This document shows, in pieces, positions 1 through 8,164 of a DNA stretch of 53,811 nucleotides. The stretch lies in IMG/VR virus record IMGVR_UViG_3300012843_000002, positions 1 to 53,811 of that record. One strand, 5' to 3'. Both the position numbers and the translations under genes were made by a program. The stretch comes from a virus (lineage: Duplodnaviria > Caudoviricetes). A model generated the notes under the pieces. The model made no database searches. It was not told where the DNA came from and worked only from the letters and a program-made list of their open reading frames with translations. Positions within the stretch are counted from its first letter, which is position 1. Each line of letters begins with the position of its first letter.

Positions 1-111
1 CCAGCAACAAAAACTGGGCCAGCTAGCAACCTCCCACTGCTACTCACCGTTCGGAAAGTGAGTTTCCGGACGCTTACTTAATACTCGCACACCTAAGTTT
101 CTCCAATGTCC

Positions 112-136
112 GCTATGGGTCGAAAGCAGTCGTTCG
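112..136 (+). repeat. Intergenic repeat copy A (GCTATGGGTCGAAAGCAGTCGTTCG)
   Basis: 23/25 identical to copy C core at 2080-2104. Confidence 0.8.
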
Positions 137-241
137 TAGAGGCCAATCAAGCCGCCTCACAGATGCGGTCCAGGTGTAGGTTCTGCTCAGCGGTTTTCAA
201 GACCGTAGTACAAGCGCCCGATCCATGCAGTGCCAGCTCCG

Positions 242-325
242 AAATCGATTCCAAAACAAAGACGAAACGGCACGGCTACAGGCCGCATACTGCAAGGGTC
301 GCCGTTTCAGTTTTGGAATCGATTT
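242..325. repeat. Long inverted repeat / hairpin
   Basis: AAATCGATTCCAAAAC (242-257) pairs perfectly with GTTTTGGAATCGATTT (310-325); inner GAAACGGC (264-271) pairs with GCCGTTTC (301-308). Confidence 0.8.
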
Positions 326-369
326 GTACGTCGCTAGAATCGCGTTTTCCGAACCTGCAGGACGCTCAC

Positions 370-651
370 ATGGACATGAAGGCACTCCACCTGTTTCTCC
401 TACCGTGGCTACGCATTGACACCTGGCACACCCACCCTAACGATGAAGAACGCTTTCACCAGGCCCTCCACGTGACCTTCAAAGAGCTTGGCTATTCGAT
501 CGCTTACGAGCAGTTTTATGACGCCATCCGCAAAGTGATCGCAGAGCGCCAGCCTGGGCACGAGCTGCATCGGATCAAAGCGATTGAGGGATTTGCGCGC
601 AGCGCGGAGGTTATCGGCTCTTACCTCTTCGACGTGCGCAACTGCCAGTAA
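370..651 (+). CDS. Hypothetical protein (~93 aa)
   Basis: 3' part of ORF 106..651. ATG at 370 preferred because the upstream part runs through repeat/hairpin DNA. Confidence 0.6.
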   Translation: MDMKALHLFLLPWLRIDTWHTHPNDEERFHQALHVTFKELGYSIAYEQFYDAIRKVIAERQPGHELHRIKAIEGFARSAEVIGSYLFDVRNCQ

Positions 652-949
652 TGCAGCAGTAGTGTGGAAACTCGACCTCAGGCCACGCCAGCAGCGGCCT
701 ATGAGACGAAACTGTCTAATACGCATTGGCGAGTTTCGGCGACTTTCGCCCAGTAAAACCGAGAAGCTTTCGAGCGGTTTTAGATAGCCTAAGCGCCGCA
801 CCCTGGCGTTCTGCCGACGCCTCGTTCTGGCTCGTCACCTTCCCTGCTTTTGGAAAACTCGTAACTGAACAAGCAAATTTATTAACCTGATCGATTGCTA
901 GCCAGCCCACGGCCCTACCGAGGCTACGGGCGGCAACAATACTCACCCT

Positions 950-994
950 CGACCGACCGCTTTCGACCCATAGCTGCCCTTGGTGAAGGGCAGC
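950..994 (-). repeat. Intergenic repeat copy B with GCTGCCCTT/AAGGGCAGC hairpin
   Basis: Minus strand AAGGGCAGCTATGGGTCGAAAGCGGTCGGTCG, 28/32 identical to copy C. Confidence 0.8.
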
Positions 995-1058
995 CTTCCG
1001 ACACTTGACCTTCGGCAATTGGCTTTGCGGTTGACCTCTACTGAAAGGCTAAATTGAG

Positions 1059-1898
1059 TTACCTAGTCACAGTAGAAAAATGGCCCCGCTGATCTTGGCA
1101 GCCCATTTTCTTCACCACAAATCGCACCTCATAGCGAGAGTATTCCCCAGTGGAAATGCTGCTGGGACGGGGCCCTTTGTCGACTGCCTTTTCATAGTCG
1201 AGTACCGCGTCGCATGAAATGACTTGGGCGATTACCCCCAACCCTTGGGATTGCTTGCGCAGCGTCGCTTCAAACTGCGGGTCGTCCAACAGCACCTCTG
1301 TTCGTTCTGGTACGGTCACCAAGGATGCATATTGGCCGAGGGCTCCCCCCATGAACTGTACACGGATGGTGATCTTGCCGTTGCGGTCTAACCGCGGATA
1401 CCCCGCAAAGCGCACATTGAATTGATTGGCCGATTCCAGCTGGCTAGTGGTTCGAGCAACAATTTTGGCCCAGTAAGCGTTGGGCGGGTTGTAGGGATCG
1501 TAAGCTGGCGCCCCTTTGTCGTAGGGTTTTCCTGCCATTCGCAGCTTCTCTTGTTGTATGAAGTAGCTCGAGCGGCAGGTGTTGCTAATCGCTGCACCCA
1601 AAGGCTGGCCAGACTTCGCGCTGTAGAGCATAGCGGCGGCGCATTCGTAGTCGAATTGACCATTGAGGTACAGGTACGTGCCGTTGCCGAGTGGATTCAT
1701 GGTGTAGTTGAGATCCAATCCAGATCCTGATACTCCATTTGCCCGCCCAGGCATGGCACCGCTAGGCATCAATGAGGCCAGAGAGTTGGCGGTCTCATCA
1801 GAGAAGCGAATTCTTGTAGTACCATCCGGCATACGCTCGGAGGTCATGCAACCTGCCATGGCCATTGCAGCCATGATTGGCAGAAGAGATTTAATCAT
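1059..1898 (-). CDS. Putative lipoprotein, unknown function
   Basis: MIKSLLPIMAAMAMAG-C signal peptide with lipobox-like Cys; 279 aa. Confidence 0.7.
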   Translation of the reverse strand: MIKSLLPIMAAMAMAGCMTSERMPDGTTRIRFSDETANSLASLMPSGAMPGRANGVSGSGLDLNYTMNPLGNGTYLYLNGQFDYECAAAMLYSAKSGQPLGAAISNTCRSSYFIQQEKLRMAGKPYDKGAPAYDPYNPPNAYWAKIVARTTSQLESANQFNVRFAGYPRLDRNGKITIRVQFMGGALGQYASLVTVPERTEVLLDDPQFEATLRKQSQGLGVIAQVISCDAVLDYEKAVDKGPRPSSISTGEYSRYEVRFVVKKMGCQDQRGHFSTVTR

Positions 1899-2041
1899 TA
1901 CAGTGTCCTTACTAAAAGCAGCCAAAAGCTCGCGCAGATGGCGATCTGCGAAAGCGATCGGCGTTATAGCAAGGATTTGAAGCGCAGCAAAGTGGTGCTT
2001 GGAAGGCAACTGGGGGGCGTTGCTACAGAGCTTAGGCAGGA

Positions 2042-2133
2042 GTCCGCTTCTGACCGTTAGCTGCCGCCCACGAAGGGCAGCTTTGGGTCGAAAGCAGCCG
2101 TTCGCGAGTGATCGTTATCAACCGATATCAGGC
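2042..2133 (+). repeat. Intergenic repeat copy C, three degenerate units at 34-bp period
   Basis: Units start at 2042 (GTCCGCTTCTGACCG), 2076 (GGCAGCTTTGGGTCG) and 2110 (GATCGTTATCAACCG). Confidence 0.7.
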
Positions 2134-2346
2134 GGAGTCTGTCTCGGTCAACGCCCACAATCTGGCAGCCTCAGCGAATTCGAGCATCTCAACAAGATCC
2201 TCATCACCGACATCCCGTCGGCGATGCGCCGCGTGTGCCATTTCACTCAGGACAAGCGCACGACCATCCGGGTCTGCTTGGAGTGCCGTCTGGTCATTCA
2301 ACTCGTCTAGCCACGCGCCAGGAAGACTCAGCACTTGACGGTCCAA
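2128..2346 (-). CDS. Small hypothetical protein downstream of umuC
   Basis: 72-aa ORF overlapping the umuC 3' end on the same strand. Confidence 0.6.
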   Translation of the reverse strand: MDRQVLSLPGAWLDELNDQTALQADPDGRALVLSEMAHAAHRRRDVGDEDLVEMLEFAEAARLWALTETDSA

Positions 2347-3602
2347 AGCTGATCGATCCGCGTCGTATAGGATTGACTCATCATCTCCCGCCTCATTCCC
2401 CAGTCCGGCGTTGCCGGAACGCTAGCGGCCCGCATTGTCCCCCTCCCCCAGCGTTCGTTGATGTCATCCATCACCCGCATCAGTCGGTCACATGCCACCG
2501 ACTGCTTGAGCGCGAACAAATCCTCTGAAAACTCGCCTGGCTGCCGCAGATCCATCAACAACACCTCAGCCTTGCTGTACCGAAACCCGGGCCTGAAGAT
2601 CCGGGCAACCGCATCAGTGGCCAGCCGAGTCATCAATAGGGTGTCGCAGGTTGGGTACGGAAGCTCTACCAATGCCCCTTGGGCGTGGTGTGCTTCGTCC
2701 GGGTTGAACATTCCGGTGCGGATGCTGACGCGCATGCGCTTGCAAACTGAACCCTGGGCACGGAGCTTCTCCGCTGCGCGACCAACGTAGGTGGCCACTG
2801 CCTGCTTGATCGGCACCATTTCGGTCAGCCGCTTGCCGAACATCCGACTGCAGCATATTTCCTGCTTCGGCGGTTCGGCCTCGTCCAGCTCCAGGCACGG
2901 CGTACCCGCCAGTTCTCGAGCGGTCTTCTCCACCACGACACTGAATTTCTGCCGCAGCGTCCAGGCATCGGCCCTGGCTAGATCCATCGCCGTGTGAATG
3001 CCCATTGTCTCGAGGTGGGCGGTCATTCGCCGGCCCACGCCCCATACCTCTTTCACCTCGGTATTCCGCAAAACCCAATCACGCTTGAACGGATCGGTGA
3101 TATCGACCACGCCACCGGTCTGGGCCTGCAGGCGCTTGGCCGTGTGATTGGCCAGTTTGGCGAGCGTCTTGGTGCCGGCTATACCAACCCCCACGGGGAT
3201 GCCGGTGCATTGGAAGATCCTGGACCGCACCTTCCGCCCGAACTGAGTCAGATTTTCCTGAATACCGGACAAGTCAGCGAAGCATTCGTCGATGCTGTAG
3301 ATCTCGGTTGCCGGCACCATCGACTCGATCAGGGTCATGACGCGCTCACTCATGTCGCCGTACAGTGCGTAATTGCTGCTGAAGGCCATGATGCCGTGCC
3401 GGCGCAGCTTGTCCTTCGCCTGGAAATACGGCTCGCCCATCTTCACGTAAGGCTTGGCGTCGTACGACCTGGCAATCACGCACCCGTCGTTGTTGCTCAG
3501 TACCACGATCGGGGTCTTGGCCAGGTCTGGCCGGAATACGCGCTCGCAACTCGCGTAGAACGAGTTGCAATCGATCAAAGCGAACACCTGGTCACTGCGC
3601 AT
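2328..3602 (-). CDS. umuC: Y-family error-prone DNA polymerase V subunit (UmuC/RulB)
   Basis: [27 protein letters not shown] and C-terminal [13 protein letters not shown] motifs. Confidence 0.95.
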   Translation of the reverse strand: MRSDQVFALIDCNSFYASCERVFRPDLAKTPIVVLSNNDGCVIARSYDAKPYVKMGEPYFQAKDKLRRHGIMAFSSNYALYGDMSERVMTLIESMVPATEIYSIDECFADLSGIQENLTQFGRKVRSRIFQCTGIPVGVGIAGTKTLAKLANHTAKRLQAQTGGVVDITDPFKRDWVLRNTEVKEVWGVGRRMTAHLETMGIHTAMDLARADAWTLRQKFSVVVEKTARELAGTPCLELDEAEPPKQEICCSRMFGKRLTEMVPIKQAVATYVGRAAEKLRAQGSVCKRMRVSIRTGMFNPDEAHHAQGALVELPYPTCDTLLMTRLATDAVARIFRPGFRYSKAEVLLMDLRQPGEFSEDLFALKQSVACDRLMRVMDDINERWGRGTMRAASVPATPDWGMRREMMSQSYTTRIDQLWTVKC

Positions 3603-4020
3603 GGTCGCGAACGCTGTAACGCACGACACCCCAGATGACGAGCTCGTCGCCCTCCATGATGTACCGCGGTGGGTAGGCCGGATTCTCCGATTTCAGGATC
3701 ACCACGCCGTCGCGTCGATGCAGACGCTTGCACACTGGCTCGCTGTTCACAGCGGCAATCACCACATCGCCGTGCTCGGCTTCGCGGCCGCGGTCTACGA
3801 TGACGATATCGCCCGAGTAGATTCCAGCCCCCTGCATGCTGTCGCCCTCCACTTTCACTAGATACACATGGGGCGCTCGGAGGTCGAATAACTCATCCAG
3901 GGAGATATGGCCTTCCAAATGGTCCGCTGCCGGCGAAGGGAACCCGGCCGGGACATGGAACGAATAGAGCGGTAACGGTTCGGCACCGCCGGTAGGCGTA
4001 CCCAAGAATGTGATGGTCAT
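3592..4020 (-). CDS. umuD: UmuD/RulA S24 autopeptidase subunit
   Basis: VPAGFPSPAADH cleavage motif, GDSM Ser, VCKRL Lys; directly upstream of umuC. Confidence 0.95.
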   Translation of the reverse strand: MTITFLGTPTGGAEPLPLYSFHVPAGFPSPAADHLEGHISLDELFDLRAPHVYLVKVEGDSMQGAGIYSGDIVIVDRGREAEHGDVVIAAVNSEPVCKRLHRRDGVVILKSENPAYPPRYIMEGDELVIWGVVRYSVRDHAQ

Positions 4021-4040
4021 GATGGAAGGTCCAATGCAAA

Positions 4041-4056
4041 CTGTATGCATATACAG
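4041..4056. promoter_or_regulatory. LexA (SOS) box between divergent umuD and SRAP
   Basis: CTGTATGCATATACAG matches CTGT-N8-ACAG. Confidence 0.9.
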
Positions 4057-4121
4057 TAAATCCGGCATCGGTCGCCCGGTCAATCCTAGGCGGCGAAAAT
4101 TCTGACGGGCGAGAGGTAGAT

Positions 4122-4841
4122 ATGTGCGGACGGTACTCGATCTACGAGTCAATGGATCACTACCTGCGCCAGCTATCGCTGGACCTGGTCGTGATAAATG
4201 GCTACGACCACGAGCCAATCAGTCGCTACAACGTGGCGCCGTCTACCCGCGTCGAGGTCATACGCCAGGTAGATCGTGGACTGTGCGTGGATCGGGTCAA
4301 GTGGGGATGGTCGCCATTTTGGGCGAAGGGGAAACGTCCTGATCCGATCAATGCTCGGGCCGAGACAGTGGTGACAGGAAAATTCTTTAAGGGCCTGTGG
4401 CCGAACGGCAGAGCCCTGGCGCCTGCAAATGGCTGGTTTGAGTGGCTCCCTGATCTAGCGGACCCGAAGCGCAAACAGCCCTACTACATCACGGGCGCCG
4501 ACGGCGCCCCGCTGTACTTCGCTGCACTTGCTGAGGTGCACCAGAGCCTTGAGCCGGATGAGCACGATGGGTTCGTGATCATCACAGCAGCAGCCGATCA
4601 AGGGCTCGTAGACATCCACGACAGAAAGCCCCTAGTGCTGACGCCAGAAGTGGCCAAGGAATGGTTAGACCCAGCCACAACGCCTGAGCGCGCGACGGAG
4701 ATCGTCGAGGCAGGATGCCGGCCCGCTCAGGATTTTCGCTGGTTCCCTGTAGGTAAAGCGGTCGGCAACGTGCGCAACCAAGGGCCAGAACTGATTGAAC
4801 CGGTCAGTGAGGAGAGCCGCCAGGGCAACCTAGAGCTCTAA
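4122..4841 (+). CDS. SOS response-associated peptidase (SRAP, YedK/HMCES family)
   Basis: N-terminal MCGRY, INARAET, GWFEW, IHDRKPLVL. Confidence 0.93.
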   Translation: MCGRYSIYESMDHYLRQLSLDLVVINGYDHEPISRYNVAPSTRVEVIRQVDRGLCVDRVKWGWSPFWAKGKRPDPINARAETVVTGKFFKGLWPNGRALAPANGWFEWLPDLADPKRKQPYYITGADGAPLYFAALAEVHQSLEPDEHDGFVIITAAADQGLVDIHDRKPLVLTPEVAKEWLDPATTPERATEIVEAGCRPAQDFRWFPVGKAVGNVRNQGPELIEPVSEESRQGNLEL

Positions 4842-5010
4842 GCTGGTAGTCGGTGACTGCCTGAAATTGGGATTCTGCGATCAGTCGTAGTCGCTCAATC
4901 TCAAGGGGTGACGCGCCATCGGTCTGTGCTTGGTGATAACGCTTCAGTGCTTCGACTGCATCGGTGTACATCTGATGATCTGGGAACAGTACCGAAGGAG
5001 CTGTTGACAT
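4804..5010 (-). CDS. Small hypothetical protein (paralog of 5039..5251)
   Basis: 68 aa, GGAG-like RBS; shares the EIERLRL-AES---AV-DYQL pattern with its neighbour. Confidence 0.65.
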   Translation of the reverse strand: MSTAPSVLFPDHQMYTDAVEALKRYHQAQTDGASPLEIERLRLIAESQFQAVTDYQLRALGCPGGSPH

Positions 5011-5038
5011 TACGGAGCCCTCTTTCAGCAGTCGCTTT

Positions 5039-5251
5039 TCAATGGATAGTATCAGGCGGATGCTTGGCTTCGATCAGCTGAAAATCGATGACTGCATGGT
5101 AGAGGGAGTCCGCGACAAGGCGTAGCCGCTCCACTTCTTCAGCAGGCGCGTTAGCGGCCTCAGCCGCCCGGAACTCCCTCATGGCGTCGATCGCCTGCTG
5201 AATCAGAGCCTCGCCGGCCTCAACAATCCCAATGAAAGAACGCTTGACCAC
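5039..5251 (-). CDS. Small hypothetical protein (paralog of 4804..5010)
   Basis: 70 aa, AGGAG RBS; EVERLRL-ADS---AV-DFQL. Confidence 0.65.
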   Translation of the reverse strand: MVKRSFIGIVEAGEALIQQAIDAMREFRAAEAANAPAEEVERLRLVADSLYHAVIDFQLIEAKHPPDTIH

Positions 5252-5328
5252 AAGTCACTCCTAGCAGCTGATAACAAGCATAGGGTAAAACGAGCCAAGC
5301 ATCTGCAAAGGACAAAAAACTCTGTATT

Positions 5329-6123
5329 TCAGAACAGTTGCCCCAACTCCGCTGGCGTCCAGTTCATGATAATTAACTCACCGGCCATCTCAGCCTTGCC
5401 CTGACGCTGGTTGGTCGTTGTGTAGCGAATATCCACGCACTCAAAGTGGAAGCCATCGAAAACACGGCGAATATCAGGGTGATCGTTGATGCTCACCATC
5501 ACCTTGCCTTTGCATGTGCGCATGAACTCGGCCATGCGCTCATATTGATCGAACGGGAAGTCGACCCCATAGCCTGCGGTCTGCCAATAAGGCGGATCCA
5601 TGTAGAAGAACGTATGCGCTCGATCATAACGCTCAGCGCAGTCGAGCCATGAAAGGTTCTCCACGTAGGTGCCGGCCAGCCTTTGCCAGGCTGCAGAAAG
5701 GTTCTCTTCAATGCGCAGCAGGTTGATGGCAGGGCCAGTGGTGGCGGTACCGAATGTCTGCCCAGTAACCTTCCCACCGAAAGCGTGCTGCTGCAGATAG
5801 AAGAAACGGGCCGCGCGCTGGATATCGGTCAGCGTCTCCGGTCTCGCCATCTTTTGCCACTCGAAGATCTGCCGTGACGACAGCGCCCATTTGAACTGCC
5901 GGACAAACTCCTCCAGATGGTTCTGGACTACCCGGTATAGATTCACTAGGTCGCCGTTGAGATCATTCAAGACCTCCACTTGGGCGGGTTGCGGGCGCAT
6001 GAAATAGAGAGCGGCGCCGCCGGCGAAGACCTCGACATAGCATTCATGAGCAGGGAAAAGCGGGATCAAGCGGTCGGCTAGGCGGCGCTTGCCGCCCATC
6101 CACGGAATGATTGGGTTAGTCAC
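5329..6123 (-). CDS. DNA adenine methyltransferase (Dam-like D12 class)
   Basis: PWMGGKRRL, YVEVFAGGAA (SAM binding), YMDPPY catalytic motif. Confidence 0.92.
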   Translation of the reverse strand: MTNPIIPWMGGKRRLADRLIPLFPAHECYVEVFAGGAALYFMRPQPAQVEVLNDLNGDLVNLYRVVQNHLEEFVRQFKWALSSRQIFEWQKMARPETLTDIQRAARFFYLQQHAFGGKVTGQTFGTATTGPAINLLRIEENLSAAWQRLAGTYVENLSWLDCAERYDRAHTFFYMDPPYWQTAGYGVDFPFDQYERMAEFMRTCKGKVMVSINDHPDIRRVFDGFHFECVDIRYTTTNQRQGKAEMAGELIIMNWTPAELGQLF

Positions 6124-6137
6124 TTTGCAAACCTTTA

Positions 6138-6153
6138 CTGTATGGATGAACAG
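6138..6153. promoter_or_regulatory. LexA (SOS) box upstream of the methylase
   Basis: CTGTATGGATGAACAG matches CTGT-N8-ACAG. Confidence 0.8.
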
Positions 6154-6288
6154 GTGCTAGGCTCGCCGTGCTTTGTGCACAGAGCGGGAGCCTTGGCTGG
6201 GCTTGCAGGTATGGTCTGCGGGTTCGGCGGTCAGCAGGGATGTTGACGCATCCCCGGTGGCCGCTCTCTTTGCATGAAGCCTTCGAAT

Positions 6289-6807
6289 TTATTCGCGGGC
6301 GCTTACTGCCGCCCGCTTTGCGACTAGGGCGTCGTACTCACGCTCGCACTGCTGGCCGGCAACTCTGGCCTGGTCAAACGCTGCCGCCAGCTCTCCCGCT
6401 CTTTCATCAGCCCGTGCGAGCAGGTCGGAGAGCACCATGGCGGCGCGGGTGGCTGTCTGGCCTCTGGCGATAACGGCGGTATCCTGGCCGGGGCAACTGA
6501 CGGCGGCAGCGAATTGGGAGGTTTCGCTGCGCAGCCGCTGGCCAGCAGCATCGGCGTCAACAGCGCCAGCATCAGCAATCGTTCGTTCTTCCTGGGCATG
6601 GGCTCTCGCCTCCTCCTGCGCTGCGGCGCGTCGTGTTTCTTCCTGCCGGGCACTTCGCTCGCCGATCACCTCGGCAAGCCGGTTACCGCTGTCTCGTTGC
6701 GCTGATGCCTCTCCGGCGTTCGCTCGCTCTACCGAGCGACCGTGCTGATAGGCCGCCCCGTGGGATGCCAGCAGTACAGCGAACGTCAATATGGCCCAGC
6801 CCTTCAT
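6289..6807 (-). CDS. i-spanin (Rz-like, DUF2514-type)
   Basis: N-terminal TM segment, Ala/Glu/Arg coiled coil, follows the lysin, contains an embedded lipoprotein gene. Confidence 0.85.
   Translation of the reverse strand: MKGWAILTFAVLLASHGAAYQHGRSVERANAGEASAQRDSGNRLAEVIGERSARQEETRRAAAQEEARAHAQEERTIADAGAVDADAAGQRLRSETSQFAAAVSCPGQDTAVIARGQTATRAAMVLSDLLARADERAGELAAAFDQARVAGQQCEREYDALVAKRAAVSARE
6324..6599 (-). CDS. o-spanin (Rz1-like lipoprotein) embedded in Rz
   Basis: LLASG-C lipobox, Pro-rich mature part, alternate frame inside Rz; start may be 6572. Confidence 0.8.
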   Translation of the reverse strand: MPRKNERLLMLALLTPMLLASGCAAKPPNSLPPSVAPARIPPLSPEARQPPAPPWCSPTCSHGLMKERESWRQRLTRPELPASSASVSTTP

Positions 6808-7250
6808 GCCAGCGCCCGCCGAATACCTTCGTCGATCACCTCGGCCTTGTAGGGGTTGCCACCGTTCTCGTGGACGATGATGCCCACCACTGCCTCCCGC
6901 AGAACCTCTGGCTTGGAGATGTCTATGGAGTCGCGCACCCCGACCCCGAGCCGCTTGGCGATGGCCTGCGCGTAGGCCAGCGTGTTGTTCTCGCTAGACG
7001 GCGCCCAGCGGCTGATGAATTCCAGCGGGGTATCGATACCAGGGCGGCCGACGCCTGGCATGCCGTCTTTACCTCGGTAGTTGAGTAGAAGCTTGCCCAG
7101 CGCCCGGATGCCGTTCTCGGCCTGGTCAAAGCGGGCGAAGCGCGGACTGGCCACGCCCACCTCCATCCCGAGTTGGCCCTGCCAGGCATTGCGGGGGTTG
7201 AAATCAATGTTGCCGGGGTTGTTATTGCGGACACCGCGCGGTGTTGACAT
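6804..7250 (-). CDS. Putative endolysin (lysozyme-like NNPGN family)
   Basis: RGVRNNNPGNI, RWAPSSENNT-AY, HENG motifs; ATGA overlap with the spanin gene. Confidence 0.75.
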   Translation of the reverse strand: MSTPRGVRNNNPGNIDFNPRNAWQGQLGMEVGVASPRFARFDQAENGIRALGKLLLNYRGKDGMPGVGRPGIDTPLEFISRWAPSSENNTLAYAQAIAKRLGVGVRDSIDISKPEVLREAVVGIIVHENGGNPYKAEVIDEGIRRALA

Positions 7251-7263
7251 GGCTTCTCCAGGC

Positions 7264-7290
7264 GAAAAGAAAGCCCGCACTTGGCGGGCT
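7264..7290 (-). terminator. Intrinsic terminator before the lysin
   Basis: Minus strand AGCCCGC-CAAGT-GCGGGCT hairpin followed by a T-rich tract. Confidence 0.65.
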
Positions 7291-7347
7291 GTATGAATTT
7301 CAGGCACAAAAAAACCGCTCAAGGCGGCCTTATTCACAGCATGTAGA

Positions 7348-8151
7348 TCAGGCGATGCTGTACTCGGCCTTTAGGGCCGCAACCAGGTCGGAAAGCTGTG
7401 CGAGATGGGTGGTGCTAGTGCGGAGCGATCGGTTGAATACGAAGACATCCCCAACTTTCGCCGTCCGCAGGCTGTTACCGCTGCCGTGATAGCCGATTTC
7501 GAGGTAGCTTTCCGCACCTGCCGCACTGCCGGTGGTCTTGATGTTCTCGGCGAACGTTTCTACCTGGTTCACCGCGATCGAAACCTTCTTTGTCGTATCG
7601 TCATAATCAACAATCGCGACGGCCCAGGTCCAGGCCGGGCGCGCCGCTTCGGCATGTGGCGGGCTGTTGGTGCTGCCGTAGGCAACCAAGCGCTTGACCT
7701 CCGGAGAGGCGGTGGTGGTGTCGTACCGCAGCACAGTCGCGATCGCGGCATCGCCGGTATACGCCATCATGAAATTCAGGCGGTCGGTGGGTTCGGTGAT
7801 GGCGATGAGCATGACCACCGTGTAGGAGGCCGGCAGGCTCCCAGGCTGGAACGCCAGCGCGCCCAAGCTGTTGTCGGCAGAGAATCCCAGCGCTGGCTTG
7901 CCACCCACGGTGCTCAGCCGCAGGACCGAAGGCACCGAGCCCTTCTGCAACAGCTTTTCGCCAGTAACCCGGCAATTGCCCGAGACACCGCCCTCAGCGA
8001 GAGCCACCAAGCTCTTCGGCGCCATCGCCCGGTGGATATAGGGCATCGTCGATGCGATGCGGTCGGCGGCGGAAACGTTGAGTTTCACCGCGCCAGGTGC
8101 TGCAGGTGCCTGGACGCCAGGCAGGACAATCAGTTGACCTCGCAAAGCCAT
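7348..8151 (-). CDS. Tail-associated beta-rich protein (possibly LamG/lectin-like)
   Basis: 267 aa directly after the tailspike, GGAG RBS, ends in IG...VGDVFVFNRSL, a LamG-like pattern. Confidence 0.6.
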   Translation of the reverse strand: MALRGQLIVLPGVQAPAAPGAVKLNVSAADRIASTMPYIHRAMAPKSLVALAEGGVSGNCRVTGEKLLQKGSVPSVLRLSTVGGKPALGFSADNSLGALAFQPGSLPASYTVVMLIAITEPTDRLNFMMAYTGDAAIATVLRYDTTTASPEVKRLVAYGSTNSPPHAEAARPAWTWAVAIVDYDDTTKKVSIAVNQVETFAENIKTTGSAAGAESYLEIGYHGSGNSLRTAKVGDVFVFNRSLRTSTTHLAQLSDLVAALKAEYSIA

Positions 8152-8164
8152 GAGGTGCTCTCCA

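Noticed and set aside
190-205. Functional tRNA-Ser
   Set aside because: Only an anticodon-arm-like fragment; no D, T or acceptor arms.
106-2133. Repeats as a CRISPR array or classical integron
   Set aside because: Copies are ~0.8-1.1 kb apart in mixed orientation; no cas or intI genes; attC R/L boxes not recognised.
1-2300. Left att site of the prophage
   Set aside because: No match by eye to the 51420-51600 junction sequence; probably outside the window or lost.
5329-6123. Restriction-modification system
   Set aside because: No adjacent endonuclease; an orphan phage methylase.
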